The notes: generated by a model from the sequence alone, not told the origin. Shown: positions 27,912 to 40,780, numbered from the stretch's first letter. The stretch: 64,000 nt of DNA from Octopus bimaculoides (GCF_001194135.2 NC_068992.1:10578202-10642201), one strand, 5' to 3'. Made by a program: numbers and translations.

Positions 27912-28970
27912 TTCATCATCATCATCATCGTTTAACATCCATTTTCCATGCTGGCATAGGCTGGACGGTTTGACTGAGGACTGGCAAGCCAGTAGGCTGC
28001 ACCAGGATCCAATCTGATCTGGCAAGGTTTCTACAGCTGGATGCCCTTCCTAACTCCAACCACTCCAAGAGTGTAGGGGGGTGCTTTTTACGTGCTACCG
28101 GCACAGGAGCCAGTCAGGGAGCACTGGCTTCGACCACGTTTGGAAGATGCTTTTTAGGTGCCAGGGGCATGGAACCAGTTGGGGACACTGGCATTGACCA
28201 TGTTTGGCTTTTTACATGACCCCCACCACAGGGAGCCAGTAAAGCGGCACTGGCATCAACCCACTCTTGAATGGTGCTCACATTGCTGAACATTGGCAAA
28301 CTTCTTTTCTGTTTCTCCCTTGGCCATATATACTTGTCTCCTAGCTTCTCTTCTGTCTATCTGATACAGTTGCTTCCTACCCGCACTCTTCCAAACTTTC
28401 CAGGCCTGTTTCTCAGCTCTAATGTCTCTCTCAACAGTATTATTGCACCACAATATTACCCTAGGTCTGGGAGAGACTTTGCACCAGCAGCAGATTTGGT
28501 CCATGGCACACAGCAAGCTGTCACGCAAGAATTTCCAGTTGCCCTCTGTGTCACAAATCTGTAGCTCCTCCTCCCCCTCATCAAATTTCTCAATTAGGAT
28601 GACCCTAAATCTCTGACCATGTAAATGGTCCTTAAGATTCCAAATCCTTCTTTTCCAGATTAGTCTGCTTCTTGGCATCCTTCTGGCTGTGAGTCTAAAG
28701 TCACTAATAACTAGTCTCTGCTAGGGGGTACATTCTTCACCAGGGAGGGTCTTTGTATTTAAGAGCAACCATGCATCCCACTGTCTAGTGAGAATGGAAT
28801 CAATCTGGCTAGCAGAATCACCTGATTGATAGGTTATCAGGTACCGGGCTAGCTTCCTGAAGTTGGTGTTGCAGATCAATAGGTTGTTTGCATCACAGAA
28901 CTCTAGTAGCCTAGTTCCCTCTTCGTTTAGGGAACCATTTACATGGTCCCATCAAAACTTATTCTTTGAT
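27912..28970 (-). mobile_element. RTE-clade LINE, internally deleted (endonuclease C-terminus and linker joined to 3' UTR, no RT)
   Basis: NEEGTRLLEFCDANNLLICNTNFRK..ITYQSGDSASQID.ILTR (APE C-terminus) and the ORF at 28256-28678 (W.FLRDSLL..DQIC..K...R...W.NN.V...I..K.QAWKVWK) run directly into the 3' UTR with its (GAT)n tail. Confidence 0.85.
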
Positions 28971-29143
28971 GGTCCTGTATTGAAATGATATAAAAGTTAT
29001 TCATTAACACGAAAATCACATTAACAATAGCCATCTGCCTAGCTTCTGTGTTTTACACATGGTATTGAAGATCTAAAAATATCACCAAACTTGATTTGCT
29101 TTGTGGTATCCCTTCTCTTCATTGGTCCTTTGTTTTCTTTCAG

Positions 29144-29173
29144 TTAGAACTCTAATGTACTCCCTTTTAAATG
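29144..29173 (+). CDS. Possible 30-nt mini-exon
   Basis: ttgttttctttcag acceptor; RTLMYSLLN; donor G|GTAATA; phase 1 to 1. Confidence 0.22.
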
Positions 29174-29747
29174 GTAATAGGACAATCTAAGCAAAAAATG
29201 TCAGAAACAGCTATGCTATTTCCAGTTTTTGTAATTGTGTGTGTAGACAGTGTTTGCCAAATTAAAGAGTAATATATGATTTTGAGAGTATTTGTGTTTA
29301 CAGACGAAGAAAATGTACTGAATACATTGTATTCATTTTCCACTGAGTTTCACATTGTCAGTTAAATAACTGATGAAAGAAGGCAGCTTGACAATACATT
29401 AGCAAAAATATTTGTAAACACTGAAGTATGAAAAAGTGTCGTCAAGATTTGATTGGTTGGCAAAAAAATGCCAGTAAATGTATCCACTTATTGAATTACC
29501 AGAGTTTACAGCTATTCAGTTGTCATACACTGAACATATGATATATTCATCTATTCACATACAAAAACATGTCATTTTTTCACATCTTCTGGAACAATCT
29601 ACAATGCTACCTAGAAAAGGCATACAGAAGTAAGAAAGTAGGATATTGTTAATGTTATTTTCATACTGATAATTAACTGAACTTTATTTGTCAACAATAT
29701 GCAGTCATTAGAGTTTAAGGTTTCTTAATGACTACTAATTATATATA

Positions 29748-30339
29748 TTAGGTTGTCACACATGAAATGTATTTGGAAGGTAACAAAAAATAAGAAGCAC
29801 ACTTCGAGGCACATGATTTTTGAATCTCGTTCAGTTGTGGAACAAACCTATCCATTTTTATGACTTTTCCAATTTTTTCAAGTATCAAGAAACAGTTATG
29901 CAAGATGTTTGGAGTCCTGATGAAAGTTTTTGGACTGTTGTTCTCAGATTTTGTTCAACCAAAGCATTTAACCCATCATGCCGAGTAACTGATTTTGACC
30001 TCCCCCTCGGTACATTTTCTAGGCTATCATCTCCTGAACAAAATCTTTAGAACCATCTTTGAACAATTCTTATGTTAACAAAACCATTACCAAAGTCCCA
30101 CTTGATATTCGGTAGAGCTTCTGTGGTAAAGTGACTCAGTTTGTACTCATACAAGAAAATCACTCAACATAGTTTGGTTGTTATCATTTTCATAAGGTCA
30201 GTGGGTACGAATTAGTATACCAATGGTGTTTGGAAAGAAAAAGAGTCAAGATTAAATGCAAGGGTATACATAACTGAGTTTTTAAATGACTGAAATAATA
30301 AGTAATTAAAAATGCAACATTTCATGTGTGACAAGCTAA
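29748..30339 (-). mobile_element. Non-autonomous mariner with both terminal inverted repeats and TA TSD
   Basis: TTAGGTTGTCACACATGAAATGT at 29748-29770 versus ACATTTCATGTGTGACAAGCTAA at 30317-30339 (1 mismatch), with TA on both sides. The interior encodes the N-terminal transposase remnant LNALVEQN.RTT. Confidence 0.85.
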
Positions 30340-31039
30340 TATTTTTGCTTGATTCCCTTACAACCAATAAAGACATTTTAGTGCTTTGAAGTGTTAACCA
30401 TTCTAATATCTATTTTATTATATTTTAAGTATCATTTCATCATCATATTTAATAAGATTCTTTTATTGTTTTAGTTTATGAATTACACTCACTTTAGCTT
30501 ACTATTTTGCTGTAACACTGTATGAAGAAAAAACTAAATTTACCCAATGAAGTGAATTTTATCAGAAAAGGTGAAAAGCACATTTTATTGAATGGTCTTT
30601 TGCTGTCATTTAAACAGAAAAGTTGGAAATGAAGAAGAGTTTTGGTGTTGAACTGAAGACAAGTGCAAAGATTGTGTCTACATTAAAGGAAGTTTATGAG
30701 AAAATGTCACTTTTATATTTAGTTTTAACTTTATAATGGGTTACATCAAAAGTGAAGTGTACATAACTTACGCAAGAAAATGAGACTGTTCTACAGTTGG
30801 CAAATACAAATACAGTAAGTTTCAAACATTGGAACTATTAACAATTTAGAATAATTTGAACTCTTAACAGTTTAAATCACTAAGCATTCTTTATTAGTTA
30901 ACAACTAAACAGAAAGATGAAAATAAATGTCATCTTTTATTTAACAAAACTTTATATATGTAATGTAATGTATATATATGTTTGGGCATTAGCATATGTT
31001 CATATGTCTCCCTCTTTCTCTATTTTTCTGTAAGTGAGT

Positions 31040-31400
31040 TAAAGACCTTGTGCGATTCACTCTTGATTTTGACTGTGGTGTTAAAACAGTGACCTTTGAG
31101 CTGCCTTTTTATCTTGGGGAAGAGAGGGAAGTCTGCAAGCACTAAATCTGGTGAATAGGGTGAGTGCGGAAGCAGTACCATGTTGCTTTTGGCAAGAAAC
31201 TCAGAAGTGAGGAGAGCTCAGTGACAAAGTACATTGTCCTTGTGAAGAATCCAATTCTTTGTGCTCAACAGATCTGGTCACTTTCGCCAAATGTCCTCCC
31301 TCAAATGCTTCAAAACATCACTGTGGAACTCTCAAGTGATGGTCTGGCCCTGGGGAATGAATTCTCAATGCACAATACTACGGATGTTGAAAAAAATGAT
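31040..31400 (-). mobile_element. Mariner catalytic-domain fragment
   Basis: Minus translation IIFFNIRSIVH*EFIPQGQTI...WILHKDN...LLPHSPYSPDLVLADFPLFPKIKRQLKG. Confidence 0.85.
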
Positions 31401-31430
31401 GTATGTGTGTGTGTGTATGTGTGTGTATGT

Positions 31431-32758
31431 TGCTAAAGTCACAAAGGGCACTAATCTGGCTATATCTGCTGCACATAAACAGTGATGTAGACTGCCTCTA
31501 CCTAAAATGTAAACAAGGTGGCAGAGGCCAAACATTGATCCAAAATGCCTTTGAATTTTGCATCGTATCCCTTTGGCAACATCTTTTAACCACCAAGTGT
31601 TGAAGTGCATCCCTTGATCAAGTTTGTATGCATTAGGCTGATAACATCATAAGACTTGGGATCCAGCTCCTTGAGCAACACTCTTTGTTTGATAACCTAG
31701 AATACATGCCCAAAGAAGTTGCACAACTCTACCGCAATGTATCATCAGATGAAAGGATGAGCCTAAATGAGCAGAAGACTATGCATGGATATGTTAGTAG
31801 AAAGATCCATGATGATAGTAACATCGATCATCAGAGTAGTTTATCATGGACCAATAGCTTGATTACTACGTCCCACTTTGAAGGGTATGCATTTGCAATC
31901 CAGGAACAGGAAATATCAACCAAAAGGGACAGAATTGCAGATAAAGCTGTAAAGTGTGACAACCGATACAGACTTTGAGGAGTTCACACTGAAGATGTCA
32001 CCCACATCATAAGCAGTTGCCCAAAAATGTCATCCTGGTATTATCTTCTGATGAGACATGACGTTGTAGCTAGGGTACTCTATAATGAAATCCATCGGAA
32101 GGATAATCTCGAGGACAAAAAAATAAGAACCCACGATGTGGTAGAAGCCATAGCCCCTCATAATAAAAAGGAATACTGGTGGAATGTACCAGTGAAGACG
32201 TCAATAAAATGTAAGCACAACAGACCTGATATAATGATTTGGGATAGAGAAGAGAAACTGTGCACAGTTGTGGAAATCAGCTGCCCAGCAGATGTTAACA
32301 TAACACTGAAGATTAGGGAAAAAGAGAGCACCTATGCTGAGCTATTGAGAAATCTGCAGTTACTCTACAGGTTCATGCCATAATTATTGGGGCCCTGGAA
32401 TATGTAACACACTGCCTAAATACCAATCTTGAGAAATTAGACTTCTCAAAACCAGAAAGAAGAAAGCTAATTCGAAGACTACAGATCCAATCCATCACTG
32501 GAGCTGTAAAAATCTGTAAAACTATCCAGATGTCTATCGTTTAAATATATATAAGCATGTCTAGATATACAACTATATGCATGAGAATACATACATAAAA
32601 CATACAAATCTGCACATACATACATACACACATACATACATACAAACAAAAATACCCTGTTGTTGATGTTGAAATTCCAATAAAAGAGGCATGGATCTAG
32701 GTTAGAAACCGGTTCTTTCTCTATTGGCAAGAAATCATGAAATAAACTGAATAATGAC
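31431..32758 (+). mobile_element. 5'-truncated R4/Dong-like non-LTR retrotransposon (restriction-like endonuclease)
   Basis: H.NSDVDCLYLKCKQGGRG; HFEGYAFAIQEQEIST; decayed CCHC finger (CDNRYRL*G..TEDVTHIISSC); RHD; HNRPDIMIWDREEKLCTVVEISCPAD; then a 3' UTR. Confidence 0.85.
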
Positions 32759-32839
32759 ATACATACATACACACATGTATGTATGTATGTATGTATGTAT
32801 GTATGTATGTATGTATGTATGTATGTGTGTGTGTGTATT

Positions 32840-33055
32840 ATAGTGTCTGTGTTTGATCCTCACTACACCACTTCACAATTGGTGTTTGTATGTTTATAAC
32901 CCCATAGCTAAACAGCTCAGCAAAAGCGACCAAGAGAATAAGTACTAAGCTTAGAGAACAAGTACTGGGTTTGACTCATTTGACTAAAAAATTCCTCGAG
33001 GTGGTACTCCAGCATGGCCACAGTCTATTGCCTGAAACAAGTAAAAGATAAAGGA
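32840..33055 (+). mobile_element. SINE family A 3' half
   Basis: Follows (TATG)n; contains gaataagtactaagct...ccagcatggccacagtc...gtaaaagat. Confidence 0.7.
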
Positions 33056-33723
33056 CAAATGATATAAATACACATATATGTATATATTTTTTGAAAGCAA
33101 ATTTATATATAAATTTAAAAAGGAAAGCACAAATTCATATAAATTTAAATATATAACAAAAACAAATGAAAAATAAATGTTGATGGCTTAAAAAAAAGAA
33201 AGGAAATTTCATGAGAGAGATTAAATAAATAAATAAACTGTTTTCCTTTAATCTTTAGTAACCACTTTATAATTTGATTTCACTTATCTAGTATTTTATT
33301 TTCGTTTAATTTTGATGATTTATTGGTTATTTCATCCCACAGGGATTTTAAATTGAAGTCAGCTGGTGGGGGCCTGACATTACATTTCATTTTCTTTTTA
33401 TGGGGAGTGGGGTCAGTAAAATAGTATTAGCGAAGTAATGAAAGGGACGAGGGTGTTAATTAAATCATCGAGACCATTCTCCATAATTTGTGGCTTTGTG
33501 CCAATAATAGGAATTATTATTGTTTACCACATCAACAATTATATGTATTTATATAGATAAAGAGAATTGATATGCAAAGAACCATATATAATGATAATAT
33601 ATAAATATTTACCCACTAACCTCCAGGCACTGGCATGGCTGTGTGGTTTAGAAGCCTGCTTTACAGTAAATCATAAATCTGAAAGAGAAGCACACATTAA
33701 ATTACAGAGCAGATCTAAATAAT

Positions 33724-33755
<32 letters not shown>

Positions 33756-34133
33756 GCACACACATATACATACATATATACATACATGTATATATATGTA
33801 TATACATACATACGTACATACATATACATATATAATACATATACATACATAGATATATATATACATATATATANNNNNNNNNNNNNNNNNNNNNNNNNNN
33901 NNNNNNNNNNNNNNNNNNNNNNNNNNNNNNNNNNNNNNNNNNNNNNNNNNNNNNNNNNNNNNNNNNNNNNNNNNNNNNNNNNNNNNNNNNNNNNNNNNNN
34001 NNNNNNNNNNNNNNNNNNNNNNNNNNNNNNNNNNNNNNNNNNNNNNNNNNNNNNNNNNNNNNNNNNNNNNNNNNNNNNNNNNNNNNNNNNNNNNNNNNNN
34101 NNNNNNNNNNNNNNNNNNNNNNNNNNNNNNNNN

Positions 34134-34184
<51 letters not shown>

Positions 34185-34217
34185 TATATTATTATTACTA
34201 TTATTATTATAAATATA

Positions 34218-34529
34218 GGGTAAAAAATTATTAATTTATTAATAAATTAATAATTAATCATTTTACCAAGTAGTTTGGTATGGAAAAAAAAACACTCATT
34301 ATTGGTAAAAACTTATGCAAAAAGTTTTTTTATAATTATAAACATAATTACGGGATCAGCAAAAGTTGCTTCACCACATACCGAAATTTAGAAATAGCAG
34401 TTAAAATACTAATTCTACTACTACAATATATCTCCACAGATAGCAATACTCGCAACTTACATAGGCAAAAACGAAGATCCCTTAATTATGTTTATAATTA
34501 TAAAAAAACTTTTTGTATAAGTTTTTACC
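34218..34529. repeat. Nested palindrome and inverted-repeat cassette (MITE-like)
   Basis: Perfect 30-bp palindrome at 34226-34255; 54-bp inverted arms at 34304-34357 and 34476-34529 with 2 mismatches. Confidence 0.8.
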
Positions 34530-34621
34530 TTCTGAAGTGCCAAGTGTTATGCGTACAAAATTTCCTTCATGGTTTAAGAGGTTGTCAACAATATAGGACA
34601 TGTGATACCTCCTTACTTCTT

Positions 34622-35150
34622 TCCACAAGGCCTTAGAGTTACCTCTGCCACCTACATTGAGGTCCTGAAAACAATTGTTAAGCCTTGGATAGACAGTGTA
34701 TGCAATGGAAAGCCATATGTGTTTCAGTAAGACTCTGCACTACCACATGACTCTAGTAACACAGCAATGGATGGCTGAAAATTTTCATGATCACATATGC
34801 CCTAACATTTGACCACCTAATTCCCCAGATCTCAATCCAATGGACTATCACATGTGGAGCATTGTTGAGAGAGAGAGGTCAATGAATAAGCCCATAACAC
34901 CAAAGATTCTTTGAAAGCTTCCATAGTCAGAGTAACGTTCAAAATAAACCAGGATCACTTGAATCGAACATTTAGATGACATAGATCTCATGTAAATGCA
35001 GTTGTTGAAGGTGGATTTATTGAATAACATTATAGTAAAGAAGGTTTATTTTTATCCTCATAGTACTTTTTGATAAATAAAGTTATTATCTGTAATTATA
35101 TATCTGTTTCTTTTATAAACATAAATCTGTCCTCAAATATCTTATACACC
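34622..35150 (+). mobile_element. Tc1/mariner-superfamily transposase 3' remnant (maT/DD37D-like)
   Basis: GLRVTSATYIEVLKTIVKPWIDSVCNGKPYVFQ*DSA.PH...WMAENFHDH..*PPNSPDLNPMDYHMWSIVE, followed by a terminus-like sequence. Confidence 0.8.
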
Positions 35151-35151
35151 C

Positions 35152-35400
35152 TATGTATGTATGTATGTATGTATGTATGTATGTATGTATGTATGTATGT
35201 ATGTATGTATGTATGCATGCAGGTATGTATGTATGTATACCCACCCTCATATATATGACGGGCTTCTTTCAGCTTCTGCCCACCAAATCCACTCACAAGG
35301 CTTTGGTTGGCACAAGGCTATAATAGCAGACGCTTGCCCAAGGTGCTTTTCAGTGGTATTGAACCCAGAACCATGTGGCTTCTTAATGCACACCTAATGT
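35152..35400 (-). mobile_element. (TATG)n array plus SINE family A head
   Basis: gacgggcttctttcagc...aaggtgc...gaacccagaaccatgtgg is the reverse complement of the family A head. Confidence 0.75.
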
Positions 35401-36258
35401 CTGTCACTCTTTTATATTCTATAGATCTGTATCATAAATTTATTTTGAAAAACAAGACAAGCACGAATTCAAGCAATAGTTATTTTGGTGGTGTAAGAGA
35501 CTTCAGTGCAGATATGAAAAAAAAAAAAAAANNNNNNNNNNNNNNNNNNNNNNNNNNNNNNNNNNNNNNNNTCTCGACTTAGCTGAACATGTTGACTGTC
35601 TTTTGATGTGAAAGGTAATTCAATTTGTAAATCTATTTATTTATCTTAATATGTCTGTAAAAGGAAATATGAGAATAAAAGAAAAAGAGAAAATAATATT
35701 TATAAATAAAAGGAAGTTATTTTCTTTTATAAACAAGAAATACTTGAAGATGTCATTTCTGTTGTCTACCCCTCACTCCTGAGCATAGCAACAATACAAA
35801 GCAAGATATATGGATAAGTCAGGTAGATATAATGTTGCTTAAGCTTGGAAAATGTACCAAAGTATTGAATATGTAGCTAGAGTCAGACAGTTTTACATGC
35901 AATATAATACAGACATGTTTTTTACCTTTTACAGAGATAATATAGATATTACTTATACACACAATTTGTACAGGTAATATTGATATATAAATGTAAATAA
36001 CATGTACATACCTATGCACACACAGACACAAACATGCACACTCGCACACACACACACACACTTACAGACTCACACACATATCTGTAACATTTTCATCAAC
36101 TCATGATTAGCATAAGTGAAACCGGTTGACTATTAAAGAATTTTATTGATAGTTTGTCCAACATAAAATTTCTGTTCATTTTCCTTCTTATTATATTTGT
36201 CACAACAATTCACCAGGTGCAATTTCTTATCAAATATTTTCACTATATCTATCCATTA

Positions 36259-36372
36259 AAGGTGGTGAGCTGGCAGAATCATAAGTACCAGTTACACACT
36301 GGAGTTGATGTAATCGATTTATCCCTTTGTTTGTCCCTTCTACGTTTAGCCCCCTGTGGGCAATGAAGAAGT
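36259..36372 (+). mobile_element. SINE family C, internally deleted
   Basis: ggtggtgagctggcagaatc joined to ataagtaccagttacacactggagttgatgtaatcg. Confidence 0.7.
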
Positions 36373-36379
36373 AAATATC

Positions 36380-36434
36380 ATTTATGTATGTATGCATGTA
36401 TTTATGTATGCATGTATGTATGTATGTATGTATG

Positions 36435-36472
<38 letters not shown>

Positions 36473-36560
36473 CCTATCAGTCCACATATTCATGTACCTA
36501 TCTATCGATCAATCGATAGATAGGTAGGTAGGTAGGTAGGTAGATAGATAGATCAGCTAA
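36380..36560. repeat. (TATG)/(TATC)/(GGTA)/(GATA) compound microsatellite with polarity switch
   Basis: Directly visible; includes a 15-bp-arm hairpin at 36495-36526. Confidence 0.9.
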
Positions 36561-38409
36561 AAAAATAGGTGTGTGTATGTGACTATGTGTGCGTCTTTGT
36601 GTATTTGTTTGTCTTCCACCACTACTTGCTGGTTTCTTTACATCCCTGCAACTTAGCAGTTTGGCAAAAGAGATGGATAGAATACATACCAGGCTTAAAA
36701 CAAATACTAGGGTTGATTTGTTTGACCAAACCCTTCAAGACAGTGACACTGTCCTAGTGTGACTGCAGTCCAATGACTGAAATAGGTAACAGGTAAAAGA
36801 GATATGGCAGGTATCTTTCAGTTCTTGTCTAACAAATCTGCTGACAAGGCTGCAGGGTTATAGTAGCAAAAGATTCTTGCTCAAGGTGCCATGCAATGGA
36901 ACTGAGCCCAAATAAAGTAGCAGAGAAATGGAGAGCTTAACCACTCAGCTATGCAATTACCCTTACTTTCTTGGTAAAATTTAGAAGAAGTTATAAAGTA
37001 GCTATTTCATAATGGCATGAAGTTAAGTATCTTTTACTACTACTAACTTTTAGTTTCTCTGGGGCTTTTTTTTCCTTTTTAAGTTAGTTTGAAAGAATAA
37101 ATAGCTTTATTTTATATCTTTTTTCATTTTATTTTTATTTATTTAGTTTCCTGTTTTATTTTCACACATTTTCTGCTTCTATGTGATATAATAAAGATTT
37201 CAATATTTAGTCTGAACACCTGCTGAAAAATCAGCCAAATCTTCATTGTTCTGTGAATTTGAAATAGTGATTTAAAATATTTGGTGCATCCAAAATCTCA
37301 ATACACATACTAACATAGGACAGAGGTCACACATAAGAGGTGAGTATATTGAAGTGTAGCTCTGTCATGGTAAAAGTTTTTGGAAACAGAATAACATTGG
37401 CCATAAACACATCGTTTCTTTTCTTATACGGCTGGAAAGATAGGTTTAACAGTTGATGAGTGAGTTGAAATTCATGCAGATACCAGAAATGTAGATACAC
37501 ATTAGAATGCTGCAGCTGTGTATTGAAAGATGTACAGTGGCACTAACGGCAAATGATGAGTGTAGATTAATTCTTTTCTTATTATACTTCTGTTAAAATA
37601 CTCTGATTTTGTTTCAATTAATTCTCAAAAAAATAATGAGGAATATAGTAAAAGAAGTTTGCCATTATTAAGCTGGAGAATATTAATGCTACGGTTTAAC
37701 CCTAGGTCAGCCCTTATGAAACAGATCTACGATCAAAGACATTCCATCAATAACTATTGCACCTCTTTTTTTGTGGGGTATCAAATAACTAGTAATACAT
37801 TTCTTGATGCATTCTTCATGTTTTAAGAATTTAGGTATATGATTTGAGGGAGATTTAGTTACTGTTTCTAGTATTTTGAATGACCATATTGAGACATGCT
37901 TGTTGGCTCGCAATGTGCCTTGTGGCACATTTAGCAAGTTGACGTTGTTTATTACATAGAACATTGAACCAATTAATTAGTTTTTAATGATATATTCCAA
38001 TAAAATTTATTGATGCTTTGGTACCAAGCAGCTTTACAGATTATTTTCTATGTTGTATATTGTAATCTGTTTCTATATTAATATGCTAACACACACACAA
38101 AACTGCAAATCACATACACACACACACTCACACGCACACATACACATTCACATTTAAGCTGGCTTTCAAGCATTCATGCAGATTTGAATGTGCACATGCA
38201 TACATATACATGCTTGTAAATTTATGCACTTTCCTGTGTAAATGAAGGTATTTGATCATGCACATGCATGCACATGTGTATGGGTGCATAGAAATACATA
38301 CACGAATGCATTTACACACTGATGCCCACATATAAACATGTTTTCATGCATGCACATTCCTATACATTCATGTAAATGTAATTGCTTTTTTATGCCTCAA
38401 AAGACTTTT

Positions 38410-39620
38410 AAGAGATGGTGCTTAGCTTTAATTTCATGGCATTAAATAGATGAGCTAATCTGTCCCTGGTAAGGATACCCTCACAGCATATATTCTGAAA
38501 TAAACTGGTGGTGCCTCTTCCCATCAATCATGCGAGTTGAGGCAATGTAGAATATAGTGTACTGTCAAGGATCATAAGAGACCCACAGAAGGTTTTTGGC
38601 TTTCCTCCATCAACTATGCATGCGTTTCACCATCAATATTCAGGTTGCCTGTCTGCTTGGCAGCAGGACCTTCCCAGAGGTTGGTGGAGTATTTGATTGT
38701 GGGTCATTCTTGAGCTTTTGGAGTGCTAGCAACTGTTAGGGTTGAAATATTTTCTGATCTCAAAGAAAAGGGCATGCCTTTGAGAAACTAAGTATGTACC
38801 TTTGCTGGGAGAGTTCTTCAGTGATAGGGAAACCCAACATTTGGAGTGACTGGGAGAGCTCCATTTAGAGGAGGTTTAGGGCAATGGTGCTTTCTTGAAA
38901 TGGATAGTACTTGAGATGTGATGTTCATAGGGATGAGTCTGGCATGTTCCCACTGACAGATATTCTCCAGTTCTTTGCTTATAGAATCAAAACAAATTTG
39001 GTTGGGTGTGTCTAAGTTGTTCACAGATAATGCATGAATGAAAGCTCCTTTCACCTGCATAAGAGTGCACATTGATGGATGCAACAGCAAGTAGAACATC
39101 GACGTAGGGGAGGAAATGAGTCAAGGACAAATCAGGCCAAGCCTCGGGGAAGATCAGAGTTGATTAAAGTGGTTCAGAAAAAACTCTGTCAATGCATAAG
39201 ACAATGGTGTGTTCTGAAAGGAAGCTGCTAATCCAAGAGATGAAAGATAGGTGGCGCTTGAAGGTAGGAAGTTTTGATAGATTTGACAAGAGTTTTATAC
39301 AGATATGGTTGAAGGCTTTGCTACAGTCTAAAGCATCAGCATTCCTGCCACTAAATGCCTCTAATGTGAGGGCCCACAGGTAAGCGAAATAGGGAAATCT
39401 GTCTCTGTGGAAGCTATATTGATGGTCACTGAGGAGAAAGGTAGTTCCAAGATGTTGGAGAATGTCATTGTGAATGTTTCCATTACTTTTAAGACATCAG
39501 AACTGACTCAGCTTTCTTTGGAATGGGATACACTGAAGTGTGCTTCCAAGTGTTGAAATATATATTTTGGTAGAGAATCAGAGAATGTAGGAGTAAGTTC
39601 CTGTTTTTCTTATTTCCGAA
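38410..39620 (-). mobile_element. Decayed CR1/L2-group LINE reverse-transcriptase region
   Basis: Minus peptides PIPKK, ISWISSFLSEHTIV.CID.V.S....NS.LPRG, NVHSYAGE (YADD motif) and IKYSTNLW. Confidence 0.75.
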
Positions 39621-39696
39621 GAACAGTTATGCTTGAAATGTAAAAATACTACTCTTTTCCTTCTCTGAGTGTCTTATTAATACGTTGCTTGTGCTA

Positions 39697-39749
<53 letters not shown>

Positions 39750-39750
<1 letters not shown>

Positions 39751-39912
39751 GATGGGGTTCTTTCAGTTTCCGTCTGCTGCTAATTCCACTCATAAGGCTT
39801 TGGTCAGCCTGAGGCTATAATAGAAGACACTTAACCAAGGTGCCATGCAGTGGGACTGAACCCGGAACCATGTGGTTGGTAAGCAAGCTACTTATCACAC
39901 AGCCACTCCTGC
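39750..39912 (-). mobile_element. SINE family A head
   Basis: Close reverse complement of 4334-4495. Confidence 0.85.
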
Positions 39913-39915
39913 ACC

Positions 39916-39970
<55 letters not shown>

Positions 39971-40323
39971 GCACATATATATACATACATGCATATTTAT
40001 ATATACATACAGAGAGAGAGAGAGAAGAAGAGAAAAGGAGGAAGATGCACAGACTGCATGCATGTGCATGCATGGTCTCCTAGAAACATCTATAGACACA
40101 TAATAGAACCACACCCACCCACCCACCTTACAGTAGTTATTTCATAATTTACTTTCTTTTATTATCCTTCTGCTGTTGTTGTTGTTGCTGTTCCTATCAC
40201 CAAAGATAATATTGGAATGAGATGACTCAATGTAAGCTGCAACATTCATCTTGTTGTTACTGTGATGGCATCATCATCATCATTACAACTGTTGTTGTTC
40301 TTATTGTTGTTGTTGTTATATAG

Positions 40324-40359
40324 AAATCGGTCGTTCCTATAGCATAATACTCAAGAGCT
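40324..40359 (+). CDS. Candidate 36-nt exon
   Basis: TATAG acceptor; the only open frame is IGRSYSIILKS; strong donor GTAAGT. Confidence 0.33.
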
Positions 40360-40734
40360 GTAAGTATTGTTATAGTGCTTATCTTTAAACTAACTTTATT
40401 AACACCAACATTATTGTCTCTACTCTGTGAAAGTTCTTTTAAAAAGAATCACGAAGCGTAACAATCAATGAAGGATGAGAACATCATGGAGATGATGACA
40501 GTGGCGGTGGTGCCAGCAGTCATGGTGATGGCGACGATGGCAGCGATGATGGTGGTAGCGATATGGCAGGTTTTCAGATTTCTAATGATTTAATATACAT
40601 CACCCATTTGCTATATGTTGATTGATTGGATTAATATAAGTACACGAATGGTGAATGGTTTTGAAAAGCTTTACACAAGATTGTCTTTGGAAAATGCCAT
40701 AATGATAAACTGCTCGAGTTAACTCATTCTACAG

Positions 40735-40780
40735 CGGAAGTGGTTAAAGGCCAGAATCTTCTGAGAGACTGTTTCCCTCT
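40735..40780 (+). CDS. Candidate 46-nt exon
   Basis: ttaactcattctacag acceptor; EVVKGQNLLRDCFP; donor GTAACT; phase 1 to 2 fits the neighbouring candidates. Confidence 0.33.
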
